From contig NIVC01001768.1 of the NCBI GenBank assembly GCA_002269645.1, forward strand, positions 1-35,732: a stretch of 35,732 bases of DNA. Reading direction: 5' to 3'. The translations under genes were made by a program, and so were the position numbers. This document shows positions 21,385 to 35,732 of this stretch, piece by piece. The number at the start of each line of letters is the position of its first letter. The stretch's first letter is position 1. This DNA is from Macrostomum lignano. Lineage: Eukaryota. The notes beneath the pieces were generated by a model, which did not search any database, was not told the origin of the DNA, and worked only from the letters and a program-made list of their open reading frames with translations.

Positions 21385-22029
21385 AGCATTGGCAATTCAG
21401 TAATTCTCCCCAAGAGTTATTATACTACTAGGCCTATACCATTATAGCAGTTCCTTGTAAGCCTCAATATTATACATAAGGATTCCCAAATGAATCTTTT
21501 AACTTTGACATGGAATGCTTCTTTTATTTTTTACATGACTCTTTTTCTATTAGCAACACCCCTTGTGAGGAGCCAACAAATAATGTAATAGAAAGTTCTG
21601 AATAAACTACTATATATAGCTTTTGACTTTATCCTTAGTATCTCAGTTATTCCCCCATGAGCCTTGACATCTTAGCTATTCCCCCATATTCCCATAAGCT
21701 TTTATATCAATAGTATTTCTCCTTAAGAGTGATAGCACATCGTAGTTTCATGTGACTTTTTGTACATAACACTTCTTTTTTGACATGATGCTTTTTTGTC
21801 AAGGCTTTATTCTACTTTTGAATAAACTACATGTTTAAACTATAGAGCCTTCTCTGTGCAATAACCTTAGCAATCCCCTGTGAGTCTTGACATCTTAGCT
21901 ATTCCCCTTGCAAGTCTTGACATCTCAGCTATTCTAGCTATCTTGGCTTTTATTTTTGACATAATGCTTCTTTCAATTTTACACAACATTTCTTTCATTT
22001 CTGACATGATGCTTTTATTAGGCCTATTC

Positions 22030-22512
22030 CATGATACTTCTATGATTGTTTACATGACACTTCTATGATTGTTGACATGACGCTTCTATAATTGTTTACA
22101 TGAAGCTTCTATGATTGTTTACATGAAGCTTCTATGATTGTTTACATGATGACTTCTGATTGTTTACATGATGCTTCTATATTTTTTACATGACACTTCT
22201 GACTTTTTACATGATGCTTCTATGATTCTTTACATGATGCTTCTATGATTTTTACATGACACTTCTATGATTTTTTATGACACTTCCATGATTTTTTATG
22301 ACACTTCTATGATTGTTTACATGACACTTATATGATTTTTTACATGACATTTCTATGATTTTTTATGATGCTTATATGATTTTTTACATGACACTTCTAT
22401 GACTTTTTATGATGCTTATATGATTATTTACATAGTGCTTCTTTTACTTTTTACATGATACTTCTATGATTGTTTATATGATGCTTCTATGATTGTTTAT
22501 ATGATGCTTCTA
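22030..22512. repeat. 23-bp minisatellite, ~21 degenerate copies
   Basis: Unit CATGA(C/T)(A/G)CTTCTATGATT(G/T)TTTA. Confidence 0.92.
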
Positions 22513-24155
22513 TTTAAAAACTCTTTTTGTTCTTCTGACATTAAAAAGCTTTGCCTAAAAAATTCTACTCTATGAAAATTTAAACCATCGTTGCTGCATT
22601 TAGCAGTTCAGTCTGTTTATCTCTAGGCTAGCTCTCTTGTTTTGATAGCATGAAATTTAGCACTTATATAATTCAACACTTTAAACTCCAAGCATAGAGT
22701 ACATCACACAAAGCAATCATGACATAATCAATTTCTTAGTCAGTCAGTATCTCAGTCAGTCAGTTAACAATATGGTTGTTCAATCTAAATCAAGTCTAGT
22801 GCTACGCTTCCACATTGCATTTTCAATACTATGATGGAATTCAAGTCAGAGTTACAATTCAGTTATGATGCAATCTATTTTAGAATCAGAATTCAGCCAG
22901 TCAGTTTTTTCTAGAATTCTTACAATGTATTTCAAGTCAAAAAATTTCCTTGACATTTGCAAAAAAAGCATGTTTTTCAAATATTTAATGCCTTTAGCAC
23001 CAAGAAAATTCTTAGCTAAGACACATTTACCATCATGGAAAAAATTCTGATTGAACAGTGCAAGTCACATAAAAATTGGTTAAGCCATTTGAAGAGAAAA
23101 GAGAAAACATAAATTCAAAGAGAAAATTGATTGCGCACAAGCAAACATACAAACAACTCATTTTTAGTATATCTGATTAAATATGTTAACTTACTTATCA
23201 AACTATAATTTATTGGGATTAACTTTAAAAGGCATATGCCATAGATGTATATTTAGGATAAATTTTATTAGTCTAAGTTCTAAGTTAAATCTAAGTATTA
23301 GCTGGAAATGGAAACAAACTATTTGTTCAACTTTTATATAACATTATGTATCAATTTTATTTGCACAAAAAAGTTACTATTTAGCATCTAAAAATAAAGA
23401 AGGCTTTTTAACAAATATATTTGCAAACATTTTTGCTACAAGGCCTATTTTAGTTATATTGCATTTATTTTTATCAATAGATACAACAAAAGGTATAGAA
23501 AAGCTAAAATTCAAAATGGGCAAAAATAATTTTAGTTGCTACCCAAAATAAAAAAATTATTTATATCAAAAACCTAAAAGTGTCCCAATTTATTAAAGCC
23601 AACAAAGCAATCAAGTATACAATTGGCAATTGAGATATAGTTTATATTCCATTCATATTTATTCAAAATATTTAAGAATGATATTATTCATTAAGCATAT
23701 TTAGAGCTTCAAGTTCAAATTAGTTTCAATGAACAATAGCTATTGTATAGTTTCAGTTGAGAGCCAATTCTTTTCTTTACTTTTTAGCTAAATATTGATA
23801 CCTTTGGCTTTGTATTATATAATACTATTTTTAGTTTTTATTTCCAAAATATTATAGGTCTAAATTTATGTAAATATTTATTGCTTTGAATTAATGCACT
23901 TTTTATTAACAAGTAGGCCTAGGACCTATGTTGTATTTTTGGTTAAACAATATAAGACCAAAATGCTTACCTCAAGACATTTATAAATAATTCATTAGAC
24001 CTAAAAAGGAGATTGTCAACTTGGCAACTAAATAATATAATGTATAAAAAGTAATTTATATAAGCCTAGGATATTGTTATAAGCCTGCTCAAAAATGGAT
24101 ATATCAGGCCAAGTACATGTTTTAAAGGAATGCCAAACCTACTAAAAATGGAGAT

Positions 24156-24941
24156 GGCTCATTCCATATAAGCATGGTCGTAACATGACAGGTTATTTTT
24201 ACTTATAAAATGAAATCTAATAATAGAATATACTAAACCAATATTTTAAATGAAAGATTATTTTGTCTAGAATATATTTATAGAGTTTCATATAGATATC
24301 ATCATTAGTATAGATGCTATTAAACCTTAAATGACACTTATGGTTGTAACGACAGGATTTTTGACATATAGAAACTAAAAGGTAAAAGTCTTATAACATT
24401 TTTCATTTTTGATATTTTGCAATACATTTTTAAAATTCGACTAAGAACATCTTTAGAAATCATACTCTTTTATTAGAATATATAAACTCAAAAGGCAACA
24501 AAGATACAAAAGAAAAGGCAGCCTTATGGTCGTAACATTATGGTCGTAACATATTTTTTTCTGTCAATTCAGTAACTTTGAGGTACTAATACATTAAAAA
24601 TATAATAGATTATTTGGTCACTAATGCTTTTATCTGATGATGCAAGTACTATACTTTTATCTATAGTTTGTTTCAACCTTCAAAAGCTTTCTATTTGTTT
24701 TTAAAAGGTACAAAATCTTAATGATGTCTTTTGCTTCGAAAAATGTCCAAATTTTTACAAAAATGACTTTTTGCCAATTGATAACATACTAATCCAACAT
24801 TTTACCATTCCTTTATTCTTAGATTGTATATATTGCACAATATAAACATTTGGTAAAAAAATAGGCTAATTAGGCAATGGCAAGCAAAAATATTGACTTT
24901 TTTCTATTTTCCAAATATGTCCATCTTATATGGAATGAGCC
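24156..24941. mobile_element. Non-autonomous DNA transposon, copy 2 (786 bp, perfect 16-bp TIR, 4-bp TSD AGAT), inverted relative to copy 1
   Basis: GGCTCATTCCATATAA at 24156-24171 and its exact reverse complement at 24926-24941. AGAT at 24152-24155 and 24942-24945. Confidence 0.92.
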
Positions 24942-25599
24942 AGATACCATATGCTTTGCTAGCCAACTAGAAAAAGAATATCAAAGCCTCTTTGATCTTC
25001 TTGTCTTCTATGCCCCTGTTTTGCTATTGTTTCCTTATTTTATTAAAAAGCTATATGTTAGTGCTATCTTATTGTTATTGTATTTAGTTATATTACTATC
25101 ATATATACACAACCCTCCTGATTTACACTCCTTATTAGAAAAAGTAACTAAATGGCAGATGGCTGCCTGTGCCTAGTGCATTTTCAAAATGACCCTGCAG
25201 TGCAATGCATTTTCTATGAGGTGATGCTTGGCCTGGCATGGTGCAATGCAGTGTGACACTTAGTGTAATGCTTGGAATCCATGTCAAAATGGCCATGCAT
25301 AGAATAGGCAAAATGTCAAAATGCTAAAAGTTGGCCAAGTTGTTTGGCATGGTCTACATAGCAGTGTTGTTTTGTTGGTATGTCACCATGTCACCATTGC
25401 TAGAGCAATACAAAGTGCCAAAAAGGTCCTATATTGTTGTAATAGCAAAAGTCCTTTATTGTTGCAATGCCTCCTGGGCCTTAGTGTATCCTTGGTGACC
25501 CCTTGATGTAGCCCATGTACCTTGGAGAGTGACCCCTTGGCACATTTTTGTTAGACCTCTGATGCATGTTTTCACAATCTTAGAATTTATTCTAATAGG

Positions 25600-25796
25600 G
25601 ATTTATACTATCTATGTGAATTATTTTTTGACCAAAAATGCAGCTTACCTATGAAAAACTAAAAAAGTTAATATTATTTTGGGTAAAAGACATAAGTAAC
25701 TTTAATAATATTATTAAGGCTAAATGCCTCATCATCAAATTTGTTCTATGTGCAGATTTTTGGGTGGGCATTTTTTCAACTTACCTATGCTGGGCA
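25600..25796. mobile_element. Heavily mutated fragment homologous to the interior of the 6201-6451 MITE
   Basis: Colinear shared blocks TTTTTGACCAAAAAT, TTATTAAGGCTAAA.GCCTC.TCATC and ACTTACCT..GCTGGG. Confidence 0.8.
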
Positions 25797-26520
25797 TAGG
25801 AGCATAGTTGCAGAGTCTTAGAATTGCATAATCTTAAAACTATTCTTTCTTTTTTCAATTCTAAAATGTATTTTTAATATAAATTTATTCCAAGTTTTGT
25901 TAACCTATTTTAACTATTAATAAGTTTTTAGTGTGAATTCAGATTTAATTATATATGCAAAAGTGTTCTAGAGATTAGAATTCATTGCTTTAAAATCCAA
26001 CAGGTTTCCATGGCTTGTTTTGTTGTAGTTGTTTTTTATGAAAGATGTTCAACCTTCTAATACAAGCACACAGTAGCTCTACCTTTCTTGCTTAAAATTG
26101 TAGTATATTTATTTAATTTAAGCTATAACAAATAACAAAACTGAAAAAGTATGATAAAAATATTGTATAGTTTATTTATTTAACTATTTAGTAGATTAGA
26201 TCTATAAAAAAATTGGAATTTCTAGCTTGCTTTTATTGCTATTAAACAATTTTTCTTGAGATGTAATGTTTCTAAGCCTATCCTACATTGAATTGTTTTA
26301 TTGTTTATCAAAATTAAAATTAATAGCAAATGTAAGCAAATATTTTTTGCTTAAGATTTAAAATCTAATCTCTGAATATAGACATGGGAAAGCTAGCAAT
26401 CAATCATTTAGTAATGAACTCAGGTATTTTTCTCTAGAAATAGCTTTAGGGCACAGAGAGAAAGAAGAAAAAAGAACTTAACTATTTTTAGTATGAATTC
26501 AATTGTAGTAATTGAACTAA

Positions 26521-30782
<4,262 letters not shown>

Positions 30783-30925
30783 CTGGCTGGGTGGCGTTGC
30801 TACTCTGTTATTGGTTCACATTTTAAACAGCTAATTTTCTCATTTGTTTCTTACTGCGATTGGTCATAATTATGAGATCGGCGATTTATCTAATAGTAGT
30901 ATCTGATCTGATAGTAGTATCTCGC

Positions 30926-31567
30926 CTGAGATGAGAATTGGTCATAATGAGTAATTCACCTGAGATGAGAATTGGTCATAATGAGTAATTAACCTCAGAT
31001 GAGAATTGGTCATAATGAGTAATTCACCTGAGATGAGAATTGGTCGTAATGAGTAATTAACCTGAGATGAGAATTGGTCATAATGAGTAATTCACCTGAG
31101 ATGAGAATTGGTCCTAATGAGTAATTAACCTGAGATGAGAATTGGTCATAATGAGTAATTCCCGTGAGATGAGAATTGGTCATAATGAGTAATTCACCTG
31201 AGATGAGAATTGGTCATAATGAGTAATTCCCGTGAGATGAGAATTGGTCATAATGAGTAATTAACCTCAGATGAGAATTGGTCATAATGAGTAATTCACC
31301 TGAGATGAGAATTGGTCATAATGAGTAATTAACCTCAGATGAGAATTGGTCATAATGAGTAATTCACCTGAGATGAGAATTGGTCATAATGAGTAATTCC
31401 CGTGAGATGAGAATTGGTCATAATGAGTAATTAACCTCAGATGAGAATTGGTCATAATGAGTAATTCACCTGAGATGAGAATTGGTCATAATGAGTAATT
31501 CCCGTGAGATGAGAATTGGTCATAATGAGTAATTCACCTGAGATGAAAATTGGTCATAATGAGTAAT
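30926..31567. repeat. 34-bp minisatellite, ~19 copies, downstream of the nuclear receptor stop
   Basis: Unit CTGAGATGAGAATTGGTCATAATGAGTAATTCAC. Period 34 measured from 30926 to 30960. Confidence 0.97.
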
Positions 31568-32865
31568 TTTTACTACTGAAAAATTACTGCGCAAATAATG
31601 ACTAAGCTGTGCACCTGGCTTAATGTAGTTTCTTTACTATCTATAATCTATTATAAATTTATTTCGATATTTATACAACTGTTCCCACCTGTCATATGTT
31701 TGCAAGCTTCTGCCTGTATGTTGTTGACTGTTGTTGATTAACCATATAAGCTTTTCTTAGAAGCCATTTTACAGTTTGTAGATATGAATAATAAGAAGCT
31801 ACGAAATGTATTCTACTGTGTCAACTATCGAAATCGTGTGTATTTTACCAGTTATTTATAACTGCCCCAGGATTTTTTATTGATTAACGTCAGGTATATA
31901 CTCGTATAAAGCGATGATTTTTTGTACATTTTTTGTCTAATGATGATATTTTGATGCCCAAATGCATTGACGGGGGCAGGGCTTGGCGCGTTGTCAATCA
32001 TCATTTTCATTGGCGCATCGGCCCTTTTTGACTTTCTAATTCCGTCGGGAATGTACACTATTCTGGCTCTTGGGTGGGTTGGCTCTCGTGGCTGTTGATC
32101 GTACGACAACCGCACACAAGCCCCAAGTGAATGCGGGCCCGTTTGGTCCTCTGGCACATGACCTGTGTGTATATATACTCATAATATTTTCTGTGTTATT
32201 TCCCTCTCCTTTGTTATTTACAGCCTATATTTAGATTGTATTACTTAACTATAATCTTCTGTCTACATTTCTCTTCTACACTCAGAAATTGTCGCCCAGC
32301 ATTCCGGTTACTGCTGCCCGTCACTACACCAAGCAAAGCTTAGAATAATTTGTAGAAAAAATCTAATTTCAACTACTAACACGCAGTTGTAAGTAGTATG
32401 ATGGAAATTATTTGCAGAATGCTATTTTTATCGAGCAGAAACAGAGATCATGATGCACTTGAATTTCGATCAGTGTTGAATTTTTTATGCTTAAATTAGA
32501 TTTTGCTTGCCATCTTGTTCTATTATCTATAAACCTATAAATTTGTTAATTAAATATTGTTTCACACTTGTTTGGCGTTTTACTCCTTTACAAATTTGAG
32601 TCCACCTTTGTCCTTTATTCTACTTTTGCTCTTTTTTTGATTCTGGAGAAAACTATTGCACCGAGAACCAGCTATATGTATGCCTGTAGTTGCTGGGATT
32701 CATTATTTTTCTTTGACTGTTGTGTCTGACATTGTGGTACAATAGAAGCTTCAAGTAGTCACTTTCTCGTTTGAACGCTTAAAATTTCAGAGTATACTGT
32801 GCTTAATATTAATTATTATTTTACCAATATTTTCTTTTATTAACTTGTGCAATGCGCTAAGACAG

Positions 32866-32972
32866 AAATAGCTGTAGCTGAGGCAATGGAAGCAGCTGGG
32901 GCAGTGGAAGCAGCTGGGGCAGTGGAAGCAGCTGAGGCAGTGGAAGCAGCTGAGTCAGTGGAGGCAGTTGAA
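32866..32972. repeat. 18-bp tandem repeat, ~5-6 copies
   Basis: GGAAGCAGCTG(G/A)GGCAGT units (EAAGAV on +, AASTAP on -). Confidence 0.85.
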
Positions 32973-34419
32973 GCCAAGCAAGACTGCAGGAAGGAAGCAA
33001 CTGACACTATGTTATGCAGGCGAAAGATTTGGAGCAGTTCAGACGGATATCCTAAATAAGCCTTCCTGCCTGTGTCTCAGTATCTGGCGATTACTCGTAT
33101 CTCGCCAGCAATCGTTAAACTTCATTCTTTTGCGGTTTTTCTTTATAAACTGAAATAATCAGCTGGCAGTATTCAGGCCAGAGAGTATTATAGTGAATTT
33201 GCACAGCAAACAGAATTCCGCTGTAATGCGCATATTTTTCATCTAGCTGGGCCGGCTGTAAGCCGATAAGAAGAAGCCGAGTGGAAATTTAATTAGCTCT
33301 TCTGAGCTATCGACAAGCCGCTTTGCGTAAAGAAACTGACGGCAGTTCGCCCGAGCCTAAATCCGCTTGAGCGAGCCCCTTCTCACCCGTCTGTGCTTGG
33401 ATGTCCCCAGGGCTTGCTCGCGGCGTCTATCGAGAGTTGTTCGCGCGCACAACTCGACAGCTCGATCGTAGCTAGGTGAATTATTATTATAATTCCCGAA
33501 CCGCAGTCGAGTGGGGGCTATAGCAGAATTTCTAGAGTAAACCTGCGATCAGGGTCTGCCGTCCGTGCGTGACAATCAAATTCGACGGCAGCTTGTACGG
33601 CTCGTGTTTTGATGGTTCAACACTGTTTAAATTTAAACTCCTTCCTTCGGCATTGCCGCGCAATTCAAGGCGACAATCGACCTGCGGTAGCCAGCAAAGG
33701 TGCTGCGGTATGCCCGTTCGCTGACTGACCCCTGAGTACGCACTTGCATGTACACCGGGTTCACAGCAGGGCAGAGATTCTTTAGAGTCGGGGGGCTGCG
33801 TGCACCCCAGCGCACTTTAAGCGACATTGTCACACAAACCGGCGAGAGGCATTGCTGCCCATTCCACCGACTCCCTGAGCAGGCACACAAGCGCGCGGAT
33901 ACGTATGCAGTCATACGCACAGGCACACACTCACACTGGAGTGTTATTTATCGTTAGGCATGTACACTTCACTGTGCCTTGAGGATTGGTCCTCAAGCTG
34001 GGTGTTAATTGCACAAGCAGAGCCAAGCCGAGATTCCAATTTAGCCCCAAATTAATGTTGACTGCACTTGAAATCGAGCCCGAGCTGCAACTGAACTAGC
34101 TCGTAAAAGGGCTCTGACCTTCTCACGTCGTAATGCATGGCGTGAATCGAAAATCCGTCCCAATTGATTTGAATAATTTCTCATCGAGTTTTTAATTCTA
34201 TCAATCTATTTGTCGTTTCCTATTCATATCAGTTTTCATATCGATTAATAAGTTAAACTGTCAGACCATGATGCATCCGTAAGTCTTCTTTTCTTACTAG
34301 TGCACCTATCTCTGCTGTTAGCTAGAATACTCAAAGTTACAATCACGTGAGCTCTGCTGTTGATCAATCAATCACTGCTTTTCCTAGAATTGGCTAGCAG
34401 CAGTATCAAACAGAGAGTG

Positions 34420-34790
34420 GGGCACTCAATCCAATCCAATATATGGAGCTAACTGGGCCGCTGCATGACTGATTGGCCAGCACTGTGACTGCCTCTCGGA
34501 GTGCCCTGATGTCACGAGCAAACCGCTCGCGCTCTCCCTGCCTGTCTGCACTCAGTCATTCACTCAGACCGGAGCTTTGAGACTGGCACCCGTCACTCTG
34601 TGTCAACACCCGCCCTGCAAATTTGTATTTTTATGGGGCCACCGTTCTCTCCGCTTCGCCATCGCTCCGACGCGCCCGCCCGCGCTCTGCGCAAACACTG
34701 CAGTAAAAATTCACTTCCGGCGCAGCCGCTGCCACCGTCTGGTTTGCGTTGCGGGCGGCCACACCAACTAGCTTGGCTGCTCACTCTCGC
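34420..34790. promoter_or_regulatory. CpG-rich promoter-like segment
   Basis: CCAAT motifs at ~34430-34475, GC boxes at 34609, ~34674 and ~34752, and an ETS-type ACTTCCGG at 34713-34720. No linked gene identified. Confidence 0.3.
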
Positions 34791-34819
34791 TGCATTCTAC
34801 TCTTACTGCCAACTCTCTC

Positions 34820-35732
34820 CTTACCTGATTCTCTTCCCTTCATCTGACTCCCTTCATCTCTCTCACTCTGATTCCCTTCCTCTCACTCTGATTCCCTTCC
34901 TCTCACTCTGATTCCCTTCCTCTAACTCTCGTATTCCCTTCCTCTCACTCTGATTCCCTTTCCTCTCACTTTTGATTCCTTCCTCTCACTCTGATTCCCC
35001 TTCCTCTCACTCTGATTCCCCTTCCTTCTCACTCTGATTCTCTTCCCTTTATTCGGGTTCCCTTCCTCTCACTCTGATCCCTTCCTCTCACTCTGATTCC
35101 CTTCCTCTCACTCTGATTCCCCTTCCTCTCCACTCTGATTCCCCTTCCTCTCACTCTGATTCCCTTCTTCTCACATCTGCATTCTCTTCCCCTTATTCGG
35201 GTCCCTTCCTCTCACTCTGATCCCCTCTTCCTCTCACTCTGATTCCCTTCTTCTCACTCTGATTCTCTTCCCCTTATTCGGGTTCCCTTCCTCTCACTCT
35301 GATCCCTTCCTCTCACTCTGATTCCCTTCTTCTCACTCTGATCTCTTCCCCTATGTGGGTTCCGTTCCTCTACTCTGATCCTCTTTCTCACTCTGATCCC
35401 TTCCTCTCACTCTGATTCCCCTTTCCTCTCACTCTGAGCGGCTCATTCTCTTCCTCTTATTCGGGTTCCCTTCCTCTCACTCTGATCCCCTTCCTCTCAC
35501 TCTCATTCCCCTTCTTCTCACTCTGATTCTCTTCCTTATTCGGGTTCCCTTCCTCTCACTCTGATCCCCTTCCTCTCACTCTGATTCCCTTCTCTCACTC
35601 TGATTCCCTTCTTCTCTTACTCTGATTCTCTTCCCTTACTTCGGGTTCCCTCCTCTCACTCTGATCCCCTTCCTCTCACTCTGATCCCTTCTCTCACTCT
35701 GCATTCTCTTCCCCTTATTCTGGGTTCCCTTC
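34820..35732. repeat. Pyrimidine-rich ~20-bp satellite with a ~78-bp higher-order unit, running off the window
   Basis: CTCTCACTCTGATTCCCTTC monomers with a recurring TTATTCGGGTTCCC variant block. Confidence 0.93.

Noticed and set aside
14809-25176. Two ORFs sharing the peptide SKNIDFFLFSKYVHLIWN (14809-15030, 24877-25176)
   Set aside because: The shared peptide is just the terminal sequence of the two inverted ~780-bp non-autonomous transposon copies.
31852-32157. 101-aa minus-strand ORF over a GC-rich patch
   Set aside because: It has a GTG start, no recognisable domain in any frame, and no convincing splice sites.

Overview
Eukaryotic, metazoan-type genomic DNA, not a prokaryotic locus. 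The species cannot be established from sequence alone. Three spliced genes can be rebuilt with in-phase GT-AG junctions: (1) an aldose 1-epimerase/galactose mutarotase (minus, 2 exons, 349 aa); (2) head-to-head with it, a melatonin-receptor-like class A GPCR (plus, 3 exons, 419 aa); (3) a divergent ERR/NR3-like nuclear receptor (plus, at least 3 exons, 5' exon not found). The remainder is DNA transposons and many unrelated minisatellites. The transposons include a near-intact young mariner, a decayed mariner nested in a hAT element, an internally deleted Tc1/IS630-like element, and two inverted copies of a ~780-bp element with 4-bp TSDs. Most long arrays have 27-34 bp units and sit right against exons. 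The strongest unexplained signal is a ~12.6-kb block (about 13.9-26.5 kb) almost devoid of CpG. In it, transposon copies carry directional C>T/G>A changes (CpG, also CpA, and CG>TA double hits) and TAGGCCTA-type words are strongly enriched, while flanking exons keep abundant synonymous CpG.
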